DNA of 64,000 nucleotides from an uncultured Spirochaetota bacterium (GCA_963783575.1 CAWAOD010000014.1:64001-128000); one strand, 5' to 3'; counted from the stretch's first letter, positions 31,700-43,150 are shown. The notes: generated by a model from the letters alone, not told the origin. Numbers and translations are program-made.

Positions 31700-32028
31700 G
31701 CATTTTAAAGACTCAGAATATTGATTGTTTGCAACGCTACCAATATTTTTTCGATATTAACTTAACCCTGAATGTTGTTCCATTACCTATTTTGTTTCAA
31801 CTTTAATAACACCATTATGTTTTTTGATTATCTCATAACACAAAAGAATGAATTTTACTGTTTTTCAGTCTTTCTTAGACTGGAAAGAGATGGAAATTAT
31901 GTTGACATGTCCTGATAAGGTTGATAAAATATTGGCAGAATGCATTGGGAGCTTACATTTTTGGAGTTTCAATATGCTTATGGGAAATCTTGAATAAATA
32001 TTAAATATAATTAGTTAGGAAATTTTCT

Positions 32029-33846
32029 ATGAAGTTAAAAATAAAACTTTTCACTTATGTCATATTATCAGGAGTAGTTTTATTAACAGGGTTAAGCTGT
32101 ATGGCTTCGCCCGGCGGTTCCAGCAACAGCAGCAGTAGTACTTCCAGTACAAGCAATTCATCGTCTTCGACAAATGGTTTGACAGTCACATATAATCCTA
32201 ACTTAGGCGGTTATGGTATAGTGCCATCAGACACAAATTTCTATTTACCCGGGCAAACGGTTAATGTTAAATATCCGGAAGACCTTATGACGGCCTTTAG
32301 CAACGTCAACAACGAAGCCTACTCAGGAAGTGCCCCTAACATGTCCGGAGCTTTTTCAGTGTGGAATACCATGCCAGACGGCAGCGGAACCTCATATAAT
32401 CCGGGTTCGTCATTCAGGATTGGTAGCTCGAATGTAACTCTTTTCGCCATTTGGTCTACAATGCCTGGAAATACAGTAAGTTCATATAATGTAGGCAGTG
32501 TCAGGAATATGGATACACGTGGTGTACTTTCGTCCGTCCCGGGTTCTGTTTAGAGCGGACTTTCAACCGATCCCGCGGACTATCTGCCCCTGCTTGTAAA
32601 TTCGTTAGTTTTGTCAGCTTCCGATCCGCTGATAAAAATGAAGTATATTCATGACTGGATAGCATACAATATATTCTATGACGATGATGCATTAAATTCC
32701 AACTGGTCAAACTATGATCCTTCACCATTCGTGACCCTTTCCAGGATGAAGACAGCCTGTAACGGTTATTCGGCTCTTTTCGCCTCTATGTGCCTCCTTG
32801 CCGGGATAAATGTAGGTTTCGTAGAAGGAGTACCTCTAAATCGGCCAAATCAAACAACGTGCCATACCTGGAACATAGTCCAGATAAACGGGAACTATAT
32901 GTTCGTAGATGTTACTTTTGACTCAAGAAATTATTTCTCGAATAATACTTATTTTACAATCGTTCACGATTCCAGTTATCTTTTCGTTCCTCCGCAGTAT
33001 TTAATACTTGATCATTATCCCTTTTCCCAGTGTTATCAGTGCCTTACTACACCAGAAAGTTATGCTGCATTTAATGCTGCTCCTGCAACTTGTCATGGCT
33101 TATCCAGTCTGAAAAGCACTTTCTATTCGAAAGGTTATACTTTTTCCGGGACCGTTTCAGGAGTTTACCAATCCGGTTCAAGTGGTGCTTCTTTGCAGGT
33201 TTATATACCGGCAGGAACTGTCCCATATGTGGGTGCTGTAACTACATGGACTAACTTTTATGAAAATTGGACTTTTATTTCAAGACAAGGTTTACTAGCG
33301 ACCATACAAATGCTACCGGCTGTTCCGGGTTATGCTACTGTTCAATTGTTTGACAGTTATATAAGCCCTACAAATGTGCTGGCAAATTTCCTTGTTTATG
33401 CAAGCAGTTATTCGGCTACATCTGATCCTTTTCCCTATGAATACGAACCATGTTTTTCAGAAGATTTTTCCCTCACATCTCCGCTTCAGGGAGATCTGAC
33501 GATTGGGTCCTCATACAATTTCGTATATTCAGCCCCGAATGAATATGCTTCCCTGCTTTTTTACTGGAATACAAATAATAGCACCAGTTCAAACAATGGT
33601 GGGATGGAAACGTCCTTAAATGGAACTTATAATTATATCGAAACAGTCATGGCAACACCTTCAGGTTTCGATAGTATATTATATGACTGGCTGTCTGTAA
33701 GTCCTACAAACAGCAGCGGCTCATATATCGGGTACAATATAGTTTCACCGGGGATTGGTTCTGGTTCCGGCCATAGGATAATAAACCCCCACGGTCTCGG
33801 CATTCCAAAGATGCGGGCACAAAGACAGTTTGTGAAAATACCATGA
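32029..33846 (+). pseudogene. Lipoprotein with an InlB-B-like repeat and a transglutaminase-like domain; in-frame TAG at 32551
   Basis: Lipobox GLSC; Ser linker; TVTYNPN..WNT.PDGSGTSY.PG..NVTLFAIW repeat; catalytic triad TACNGYS/HTWN/FVDVT; both ORFs share one frame. Confidence 0.75.
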
Positions 33847-34364
33847 ATTCACAATTACGGGAGTATAGGGAAATGTGAAAAAAGATGTAGAATGTCAAAA
33901 CGCGTTGACTGATTGAGGTTATAGCAATGAGACTGATGAATGAAAATATCAAGGATTAAAATATTAAATAATTAAAGTACCTAGAATGTTTATTATTAAG
34001 AATAATATATAATAATTATTATAATATAAAGAGGTATCTTAGGAGGATTTTAATAAGAAGAATAATTCAAAGTATTAAAGAAAATATGTGTCTTAATATA
34101 TTTGGTTTAATAATGATAGAATTTTCTGTTTTATGCTCATAGTCGTAAAATATTATAATCCGACAAATACTAATAATAGTATGAACATGTACTATGATTG
34201 GTCATTAGATTTGATGCCAACTGGCGCTACATTAATAAGATATAATATTAATTCATGTACAGCTAAATTAGGTAAAAATACTTTTTGATCTCAAGAAATA
34301 ATGCTGGAATAATGAATTACAATGTAAAGACAATAGAAATTAATTCTAATGCGGCTTATTGTCC

Positions 34365-34549
34365 ACAGATAATAAAGTAGTAGAATGAAAAATAATGTTA
34401 TAGATGGCTTTGATTTTACTGGTTTTCATAATTACAGCCGATTATAATAATAATCTATTACAATACTTTGTTTTACATGAAAATAATAACTATTATGGCA
34501 AAAGCTTTATCATCAGTTGGCCATTACACAATATTTTTATATATCAACA
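34365..34549. repeat. About 185-bp imperfect direct repeat, copy 1
   Basis: ACAGATAATAAAGTAGTAGAATGAAAAATAA...GGTTTTCATAATTACAGCCGATTATAATAA...CCATTACACAATATTTTTATAT also found at 35005-35190. Confidence 0.85.
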
Positions 34550-34659
34550 CTATACTCCCATTGGGCCTTCATCTGAGTGTGAATCTGTCAATACCTTAAC
34601 ATGCCCTTACATTACCGATTACGGGGTCCACTATTGCTATAATTAAATCTGAGTGATTA

Positions 34660-34858
34660 CAAATCGTACACAGTGAATCCCATGATTTTCCTAACTATTT
34701 GATATGATATGAATTAGATGAAGAAAGGTATCGGAGAGAGGGGGATTCTGAAAAAATTTGTATTTCTTCTAAGTCCTTAATTATCAAATAGATAGAAACT
34801 TGAACTATAAAAATTTCTTAAAAATACTATACTCAAATCGTACACAATCTGTACACAC
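34660..34858. other. attP-like site: tRNA-Ser 3'-end core flanked by arm-type repeats
   Basis: CGGAGAGAGGGGGATTC (34732-34748) is the reverse complement of a tRNA T-arm/acceptor end; CAAATCGTACACA at 34660 and 34834, plus tandem GTACAC units. Confidence 0.6.
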
Positions 34859-34876
34859 AAATATATTATAATATAT

Positions 34877-34980
34877 GATAAGAACTTAGGCAAAAAATTT
34901 CGATTTGATAGAAAAAGTGCGATAGCTAAAATATAAATCAATAATTCTTCCAATAAAAGGTAAAAAAAAGGGGAAATAAA
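34877..34980. repeat. About 104-bp dispersed repeat, copy 2
   Basis: Near-identical to 8171-8274. Confidence 0.85.
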
Positions 34981-35004
34981 ATAAATTAACATCTACAGGG
35001 CACT

Positions 35005-35190
35005 ACAGATAATAAAGTAGTAGAATGAAAAATAAAGTTCTATATGGAGTTGATTTACAAGGTTTTCATAATTACAGCCGATTATAATAATGATCTATTA
35101 CACAACTATGTTTTACATGAAAATAACAACTATTACGGCAAACGCTTTATCATCAATTGTCCATTACACAATATTTTTATATCTTCAACA
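35005..35190. repeat. About 185-bp imperfect direct repeat, copy 2
   Basis: See 34365-34549. Confidence 0.85.
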
Positions 35191-35333
35191 AATGAAAGCA
35201 CTTTGTAAATTAGAAAATAATAATAAAAGAGTTTATAGCTTAACCTCATTTAAATGGATTATTAGTTTCCTATAGATAACTACTTGGTATTATTTACAAG
35301 AAAGTAGTTTCTTGGGGATTTTTGTCGTCTCTA

Positions 35334-37171
35334 TTAAGTGTCTAATAGATTATCATTTTTTAAAGGAAAGCGAATAACAAATTTTGTTTCCTTTTCTGGG
35401 GTGCTAACGAAAAACATAATACCATTATGTTCTTTTACTATTTGTTGGCAAATTGAAAGTCCTAGACCTGTATTTTTTTTATTAATTTTAGTACTAAAGA
35501 ATGGTTTAAATATTTTTTCCTTTATATCATCCGGTATTCCATAACCATTATCAATAACAAAAATCTCGAAAAACTCTAATTGAGAGTTCTGAGAGATGAT
35601 TATTTTTATCAAACCACCATCTAAAACAGCTTCTATACTATTCGTGATTAAATTTAAAAAAAGCTGTTTAATCCTGTTTTCATCCCCAATAATTTCTGCG
35701 GTTTTAATTTGAAAGTTCTTTTTTAGATTTATTTTCTTTAATGTAAAATTATGATTTAACAGAATAATCACTTCTTCCATTATTTTCACAAGATCAATTT
35801 TGTTTTCAGGAATTTCTTTCATCCGTGAAAATGATAAAAGATTTCCGATGATCTCAACGATCCTGCCTAGTTCTTTTTCAATCTTTAACAATTTTTCCTC
35901 TTCCTTTTTACCAGTAATCTTGCTTTTAAGCAGGATAATGTAATTTTGTATAATGAATAGCGGATTATTGATTTCATGAGCAACACCTACAGCCACCTCC
36001 GCAATAGAAGCCATTTTTTCAGACTGTAAAATATAATTATTAAGGTATCTTGAGATTGAAATATCTTGTATTATCATCACAGAACCTGAGAAGGCATTAT
36101 CATTATCACTTAGTGGAAACACTTCTATTTTCAATATTTTATTTTCACCAAAATGGATATCATCCCAACAATATTTTTCACGTTCCATTATTTTATTTTT
36201 TATTGTTTCCTTAAAACTGATATTAAATTCATCTATAATTTCATTGACGGTTTTATTATTCAAATTGCTTTGTTTTAATTCAAGAATCTCATGTGTCGCA
36301 TAATTTGCTAATTGGATTATATTTTGAGTATCGAAAATAATTACTCCCATTGGAAGATGTTGAATTATATTCTCTATGGACTTTATTATTAGATAAAACT
36401 GGGTGTTCCTTTGCTTTATTTCTTCCTGATTCAATATATATGAATATGTCAATTCAATAAGTCTGTAGTTGTCAAGATCCTTTACATATTCAGTTCCGCG
36501 CCGATAACCGTCTTTTAAAATTGTAACCCTGTCTCCAAGATCCCGTATTTCATCCATATTATGAGTGATATAGATAATACTTTTTCCTGTTTTTTTATAG
36601 TCAAATATAATCTGATAAATTCGTTTCATCTCATCGGGAGTCAGCTTGCTGGAAATCTCATCCAGTATTAGAATACTGGGATTCATAAATAAGACACGAA
36701 CGACTTCTATTATATATTGCTGACGTCCTGGTAATTTATAAAGAGGGATCTTTAGATTAATATTCAGATTAAACTGCTCAATATATTCTTTGCATTTTTT
36801 TAACATTTGATTTCTATGTAAAAAACCAAGAGGATTATTGATTAATTGACCGATAAAAATGTTTTCAACAGAATTTAACTCGGGAATGATGTTTAAATCC
36901 TGATACATCATTCCAATTCCATGTTTTTGAGATGATTTGGGTGTAAAATAATTTATTTGTTTTCCATTTAAAATTATTTCACCCTCTTTTTTTTTATAGC
37001 TCCGCTTAATAATTTTACTAAAGTGGTCTTACCGGCTCTATGCTCGCCGACAAGAGCATGGATTTCTCCCTGATATAAATCAAAATCGACACCTTTCAAA
37101 GCTTTTATATCATTATAAGACACATGTATATTTTTCATATGTAAAATGGGGTTTTGATTTTCGTAGTTCAT
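35334..37171 (-). CDS. ABC-ATPase(NBD)-PAS-histidine kinase fusion (about 612 aa after +1 A in the run at 36987-36995)
   Basis: KALKGVDFDL..GEIHALVGEHRAGKT, YQDL, ILILDE, YITH; PAS (IIQHLPMGVIIFD); AHEINNPL, LNLITNS, DNGYGI, PFFSTK, TGLGL; no TM segment. Confidence 0.85.
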
Positions 37172-38481
37172 TTTATTTGTAATTTCCTCATTTTGTTATA
37201 AAGGGTTTTTCTATTTATATTAAGAAGTTTTGCTGCTTCATTTTTTATACCGTCAGTTTTTTTCAATGCATCCAGAATAATTTCCTTAGTGAAATTTTCA
37301 TAAGATTCAGATAGGTTTTTTTGCTTTGTATTTGTGATTACAGTTTTATATTGATCCGGTAAATTCTCAAAATCGATTATGTCACTAGAACAGAAAATAA
37401 CAGCCCTCTCCTCAAAATTCTGAAGTTCTCTAATATTTCCAGGCCAGCTGTAACTAAGAAGCAACAACTCAACTTTTTCCGATATCTTTTTTACACTTTT
37501 TGAATATACTTTATTGAAATGATTGATGAAATAATTAGTTAGAGGAATAATATCATCACTTCTGTCTCTTAAAGGAGGCAAATTAAGGGTAATAACAGAA
37601 AGCCTGTAATAAAGGTCCTCTCTAAATAAACCCTTTGCAACAATATCCTGGAGGTTTTTGTTAGTTGCCGAAATAATCCTGAAGTCAGCTTTTATTATTT
37701 CCGAACCTCCAAGCCGGGTAAACTGCTTTTCTTGTAAAATACGCAGCATTTTTGCCTGAGTACTTACACTCATATCGCCTATTTCATCTAGAAAAATTGT
37801 CCCATTTCCGGCAAGCTCAAATTTCCCTTTTTTTTGTGTTTTTGCGTCAGTAAATGCTCCTTTTTCATATCCAAATATCTCGCTTTCAAGCAAATTGTCC
37901 GGAATAGCCGCACAGTTGATCTTAATATATGGTAAGTTCTTTCTATTACTGTAATTATGAAGGATATCCGAAATCAATTCTTTGCCTGTCCCGCTTTCAC
38001 CGCTAATAATAACGGAAGCATTTGTTGGGGCAGCCTTTTTTGAAAGTTCCAGAAGAGATATCATATTGGTATTTTGTGTAATCAATTCGTTGTTGTTTAT
38101 TACATCGTGTTTTAAACTCAAAGAAATCGATAAATTCTTTATTTCTTCCAGAAGCTTTGGAATTTTAATAGGTTTTGTGTAAAGATTTAAAGCGCCATAT
38201 TTAATCGATACTACAGCTTCTTCAACCGTGGCATAACCGGAAATTACAATGATTGGTATTGATTTGATCTCACCCTTTATTATTTTTAAAAGTTCGATCC
38301 CGCTAATGTTCGGCATTTTGATATCGATGATGACCAAATCGATCTTATTATTTTTTATGATATCTATAGCATTAAGAGGATTTGTATCATAAAGTGTTGT
38401 AAAACCTTCTGAATTTAATATTTCAGACAATGACAAGCAAACTTCTAATTCGTCATCTAATATTAATATTGTAAATTCCAT
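37168..38481 (-). CDS. Sigma54-dependent NtrC-type response regulator
   Basis: Receiver (LDDE, IDIKMP, KP); AAA+ [28 protein letters not shown]; Fis-type HTH; ATGA overlap with the kinase gene. Confidence 0.95.
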   Translation of the reverse strand: MEFTILILDDELEVCLSLSEILNSEGFTTLYDTNPLNAIDIIKNNKIDLVIIDIKMPNISGIELLKIIKGEIKSIPIIVISGYATVEEAVVSIKYGALNLYTKPIKIPKLLEEIKNLSISLSLKHDVINNNELITQNTNMISLLELSKKAAPTNASVIISGESGTGKELISDILHNYSNRKNLPYIKINCAAIPDNLLESEIFGYEKGAFTDAKTQKKGKFELAGNGTIFLDEIGDMSVSTQAKMLRILQEKQFTRLGGSEIIKADFRIISATNKNLQDIVAKGLFREDLYYRLSVITLNLPPLRDRSDDIIPLTNYFINHFNKVYSKSVKKISEKVELLLLSYSWPGNIRELQNFEERAVIFCSSDIIDFENLPDQYKTVITNTKQKNLSESYENFTKEIILDALKKTDGIKNEAAKLLNINRKTLYNKMRKLQIK

Positions 38482-38547
38482 GATTTATATTCTAATAAAT
38501 AAATTTCTGGATGTCAAGGGAACCAAATTTTATAGATCCTTTGTTAA

Positions 38548-38600
38548 TTTGGGTAATATTAACCCCAAAATTTAATTTACAATGGGGCGAAAGTTGCACA
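38548..38600. promoter_or_regulatory. Candidate enhancer (UAS) pair for the NtrC-type activator
   Basis: TTTGGGTAATATTAACCCCAAA and TGGGGCGAAAGTTGCACA imperfect palindromes, about 110-160 bp upstream of the sigma54 promoter. Confidence 0.5.
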
Positions 38601-38707
38601 AATATCAATATTATAAAAATTATTATTGGCATTGTTTTATTTATTTAAATTAATATTTTCTTAATTGATAATGAATTGTAAGTTAAAGTAAAAATTATTT
38701 TTAAATA

Positions 38708-38723
38708 TGGTATAAACTTTGCA
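38708..38723 (+). promoter_or_regulatory. Sigma54 (-24/-12) promoter of the sugar ABC operon
   Basis: TGGTATAAACTTTGCA has exact GG-N10-GC spacing. Confidence 0.75.
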
Positions 38724-38847
38724 AACTACTATAGTTATGTTTTTAATTAGAATTATTTACAAATAAATTATAAAATTTATTTTTGATGATAATAAAATAA
38801 CTTTTTAGTTTGTTTTGTTAGCGACTATAAAAATAGGAGGATTTTAA

Positions 38848-39879
38848 ATGACGCGGGATAATGAAACACCAATTATAAGAAAAAGTGGATTTAGTTTATT
38901 AAGTGGAATAATTGCAAGCCCATGGGGAGCAGCATTATTTGCTCTTGTTTTGGTTTTAGCATTAGGTATGGTTTTTAATGCTGATGGTGCTTTTTTCAAA
39001 ATTGGCACACATAGGGATAGTTTAAGACAAGCTTCAGTCTATGGTATTCTTGCTATTGGAATGACGATGGTTATCATTAGCGGTGGTATTGACCTATCGG
39101 TTGGGAGTGTCCTGGGCGCAACCGCTGTTTTGTTTTCTTTGATGAGTATACATTGGGGATGGAATCCAGTAATTTCAATTATACTTTGTTTATTATTTGG
39201 ATCAGCTATCGGTGCAATATCAGGTTCTTTAGTCGCTTTTTTTAAAGTTCAGCCGTTTATTGCCACACTTGCAATGATGTCTTTTGCGCGGGGAATTGCA
39301 AAAATAATCAGCGGAGGAATAAAAGTTTCTACAGTTGTTCCATTGAGTGATGGAACTTTTCGTCAGGCTGATGTTCCTCAGATTTTTAGAATGATTGATT
39401 CAAGAGTATTTGGTGGCAATTTAACAGTCGTGAGTCTTATATTTTTATTCTGTTTAATAATATTTTTTGTGATTTTAAGTTATCACCGCTGGGGAAGACA
39501 GCTTTTTGCTATTGGAGGAAATGAAGAGGCGGCAAGGCTCTCGGGTGTACCTGTTAGATTTACAAAATTAATTGCTTATGTTTCTGGGGGGCTTTTAAGC
39601 GCTGTAGCGGGATTATGCCAGGCAGCTCAGGAACAGCAAGGTGATCCGGAGGCTGGAACGACTTATGAATTGATGGCAATAGCAATGGTAGTTATTGGCG
39701 GTACAAGCTTAATGGGGGGACGGGGGGGGTTAGTTTTAACATTGATAGGGGTCCTGGTAATGGGTTATCTTGACAAAATATTAAGTATAAATGCAGTACC
39801 CGAAGCATGGAGATTTATGCTGACAGGAGTTGTAATTATTTTAGCGGTATTAATTCAAGGTAGAAAGCAAAAATATTGA
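38848..39879 (+). CDS. Monosaccharide ABC permease (RbsC/CUT2 type)
   Basis: GGIDLSVGS, PFIATLA, AIGGNEEAARLSGV, VIGGTSLMGG. Confidence 0.92.
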   Translation: MTRDNETPIIRKSGFSLLSGIIASPWGAALFALVLVLALGMVFNADGAFFKIGTHRDSLRQASVYGILAIGMTMVIISGGIDLSVGSVLGATAVLFSLMSIHWGWNPVISIILCLLFGSAIGAISGSLVAFFKVQPFIATLAMMSFARGIAKIISGGIKVSTVVPLSDGTFRQADVPQIFRMIDSRVFGGNLTVVSLIFLFCLIIFFVILSYHRWGRQLFAIGGNEEAARLSGVPVRFTKLIAYVSGGLLSAVAGLCQAAQEQQGDPEAGTTYELMAIAMVVIGGTSLMGGRGGLVLTLIGVLVMGYLDKILSINAVPEAWRFMLTGVVIILAVLIQGRKQKY

Positions 39880-40025
39880 TTAGATATAAAAAATATAAAT
39901 ATTTTGTTAGGGTTAAATATTAAAAATAGAAAAATAATGTAAGGTTTAATAGTTTAATGGGTTGATATTAAGATCGAAGGAGGGTGTTAATATCAAAGAT
40001 AGGAGAATATATATTAGGAGGAAGC

Positions 40026-40976
40026 ATGAAAAGAGTTTTAAGTATGATTAGGTTGATTGTTGTTGTTAGCTTTGCATTGTTGTTTTCAGCGAGTTTATTT
40101 GGGGCTACAGCTGCTAAAAAGAGTACTTATATTATCGGAATGAGTCAGTGCAATTTAGGTGAACCGTGGCGTGTTCAAATGAATGCAGATGTTAGAAATG
40201 AAGCAGCTAAGTATAAAAACATTAAGGTAATTTATAAGGATGCGCAAAATGATTCATTAAAACAAAGAGCGCATGTTGAAGAATTTATCAGCTCAAAAGT
40301 TGATTTGCTTATTATCAGTCCTAAAGAAGCACAGCCTCTTACTGATCCTGTTGCTAAATGTATCGATGCTGGTATTCCAGTTATCGTTCTTGACCGGGCG
40401 GTTATAGGTGATAAATATACCCAGTTTATTGGCGCTGATAATGTTAAGATCGGTACAGCTCTTGGAAAATGGGTTGTATCAAAATTAGGCGGAAAGAAAG
40501 CGAAAGTTGTGGAATTAGAGGGATTGATGACTTCTACTCCCGGACAGGACAGGCATACCGGGTTTATGAATGCGATCCAAGGTTCTGATATTAACATTAT
40601 TTTTGCCGCGGATTGTGCATGGCTAGAGCCAAATGCGACAAAAGAAATGGAATCAGCTCTTTCCCGCTTTAATCATATTGACCTCGTATACGGTCATAAT
40701 GATCCGTCTGCTCATGGCGCTTATTTAGCGGCTAAAGCTGCCGGCCGTGAAAAAGAGATGATGTTTGTTGGTATTGATTCTCTTCCGCAAGAAGGTGTTG
40801 CATATGTAAAGAGTGGGATTCTTGATGCGACATTCCAATATCCTACAGGTGGTAATATTGCGATTCAGCAGGCATTGAAGATTTTTAATGGCGAACAGGT
40901 AGAAAAGAAAATTGTATTAGGTTCTAGAATGTTTACAAAAGAAAATGTTGCAAGCGGCGGCGAAGCTATAGAATAA
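40026..40976 (+). CDS. Monosaccharide ABC periplasmic binding protein (RbsB-like)
   Basis: ATG 40026 after AGGAGG; signal peptide; GIPVIVLDR, IGADNVKIG, HND. Confidence 0.9.
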   Translation: MKRVLSMIRLIVVVSFALLFSASLFGATAAKKSTYIIGMSQCNLGEPWRVQMNADVRNEAAKYKNIKVIYKDAQNDSLKQRAHVEEFISSKVDLLIISPKEAQPLTDPVAKCIDAGIPVIVLDRAVIGDKYTQFIGADNVKIGTALGKWVVSKLGGKKAKVVELEGLMTSTPGQDRHTGFMNAIQGSDINIIFAADCAWLEPNATKEMESALSRFNHIDLVYGHNDPSAHGAYLAAKAAGREKEMMFVGIDSLPQEGVAYVKSGILDATFQYPTGGNIAIQQALKIFNGEQVEKKIVLGSRMFTKENVASGGEAIE

Positions 40977-41025
40977 AGACGTTTGCTCATAAATATCCTT
41001 TAAGATTCCTCCTTCGATTAACAAT

Positions 41026-41052
41026 AACACCCCGGATTGCCCCCGGGGTGTT
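41026..41052 (+). terminator. Hairpin after the SBP gene
   Basis: AACACCCCGG-ATTGCCC-CCGGGGTGTT. Confidence 0.7.
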
Positions 41053-41333
41053 TAAAATAAAGAATATACATTAGATGCTAATATATTATAATAAATGAAA
41101 TAGTAAGTTTTTTCAAGTTTTAAAGAAGTATTAAAGTATATAAGGTTAAAATGTATTTTTTATGAGGCAAGTTTATATTAAGTTATATAATAATTTTTCT
41201 AATGATGAGCATAATAAGCATATTTTCATGTTTTTATAATGGAATTAAGAAATAATTGAGGAATGTTGAAAGTGTATAGAATAAAAATGATTATAAAAAG
41301 AAATTATACTTTATAAGATTCAACATAAGGAGG

Positions 41334-42858
41334 TTGAAAATGGAGACAGATAAAATTAAAAGTAAAATATTTGAAATTAAGGGATTAAGTAAAAGTTATC
41401 CGGGTGTTTTAGCATTGGACGATGTAAATATATCTTTATATGCCAATGAAATAGTTGCTTTGGTTGGGGAGAACGGGGCTGGGAAATCGACTATGGTTAA
41501 GGTTATTTCCGGAGCCATAAAACAGGATAAGGGAAAAATGTTTATTGAGGATGATATATATGAAATAAATAATCCTATTGATGCAATTAATAAGGGTATT
41601 AGCGTGATTTATCAAGAATTTAACCTGGTGCCCAATTTATCTGTTTCAGAAAATATATTTCTTGGCAGGGAACTGCAAAATTATTTGGGTTTTGTTGATT
41701 ATAAAAAAATGAGAAAAAAAGCTGAAGAACTAATAAAAATTATGGATGTAGCTATTGATGTTAAAAGTTTAGTTGGGTATTTAAGCGTTGCCCAGCAGCA
41801 AATTGTTGAAATAGCTAAAGCATTATCTGTAGACAGTAAAATAATCATTATGGATGAGCCGTCGGCAACCCTCACTCTGGAAGAAATTAGTAATCTTTTT
41901 AGAATTGTAAAGGATTTAAAAAAAGCTGGAAAGACTATTGTCTATATTACTCATCGATTGGAAGAGATATTTGAAATTGCGGACAGAGTAATTGTTTTAA
42001 GGGATGGCAAATTAATTGGTATAAATAAAGCGTCTGACGTTACAAAGCGGAGTTTGATAAAAGATATGGTCGGTAAAGAAATAGAACAGGAATTCCCAAG
42101 AGAATATTTTAATAAAGGAGATACGGTCTTGAGAGTGGAGGATTTTGCATTAGCCGGACTATTTGAGGGCATTAATTTTGAATTAAAGAAGGGAGAAATC
42201 TTCGGTATTTCAGGACTTGTTGGGGCCGGGAAAACAGAATTTGCAAAAGCTATATTCGGTGCTTTTGGTTCTAAGGTAAAAGGTAAAGTGTTATTAAACG
42301 GTAAAGCATTTAGAATAAAAAGTCCATATACTTCTATTAGACAGGGTCTTGGATTGGTTGTTGAAGACAGGAAAAATGAAGGTTTGGTGATGACAATGAG
42401 CATAAAAAATAATATAACTCTAACCAATTTAAAAAAAATATCTAACGGGTTCTTTATTAGTAATAAAAAAGAAGATGCTGAAGTTAATAAATTTGTTAAA
42501 AGTGTTAGAATAAAGGTGTATGATATTAATAGAGGAGTAAAAGAATTAAGTGGAGGCAACCAGCAGAAGGTATGTTTAAGTAAATGGTTATATTCAGATG
42601 TAAAAATTATGATATTTGATGAACCCACAAGGGGCATTGATGTTGGGGCTAAACATTGAGATTTATCTGTTATTAAATGAACTGGTTAAAAACGGTATTG
42701 GAGTTATTATCATAAGTTCAGAATTAGAAGAAATAATAGGTTTATGTGATAGAGTTATGGTATTATATGAAAGAAAAATGAATAAGATAATTGATAGAAA
42801 TGATAAAAATAGTTTTATCAAAGAAGAGATTATGAGATTGGCGACTGGTGGGCATTAG
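41334..42858 (+). CDS. Monosaccharide ABC ATPase (RbsA-like, two NBDs); apparent frameshift near 42655
   Basis: GENGAGKS, IMDEPSA, YITH, LSGGNQQK, FDEPTRGIDVGAK, then EIYLLLNEL..ISSELEE in the shifted frame. Confidence 0.9.
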
Positions 42859-42905
42859 GAGTTTGAAAATGTTTTAAAACAGATAAGCTTTGCTTCTATA
42901 AAAAT

Positions 42906-43087
42906 ATGGATGAGTTTATTGAGGAAATTTCACATAAGATTATACCGGCATTAACGGCAGAGGGGAAGAAATCCCTATAGGTGAGTCCGGAATCGCGGTA
43001 TTGGACTGGCTGAATGGAAGAAGGATCCCCGACGACAACCAAGCTTTGAAACGCGCAATAACCGGTTTGAATCTCGGAAGTGAGTGA
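42906..43087 (+). pseudogene. araB: Internal fragment of a ribulokinase
   Basis: Translates to IPIGESGIAVLDWLNGRRIPDDNQALKRAITGLNLGS, matching the AraB DWLNGRRTP..N..LKGAI.GL.L motif. Confidence 0.75.
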
Positions 43088-43150
43088 TAGCATTGAAAAA
43101 GACTATAGAATATAAGCATTTTACAGTTAAAGGTATAGACAGTAATATTT

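Noticed and set aside
34732..34748. tRNA-Ser gene
   Set aside because: Only 17 nt of the 3' end are present; no cloverleaf can be built.
41951..42637. 228-aa antisense ORF and other short shadow ORFs in the track
   Set aside because: They overlap well-supported genes on the opposite strand or frame and have no motifs or RBS.
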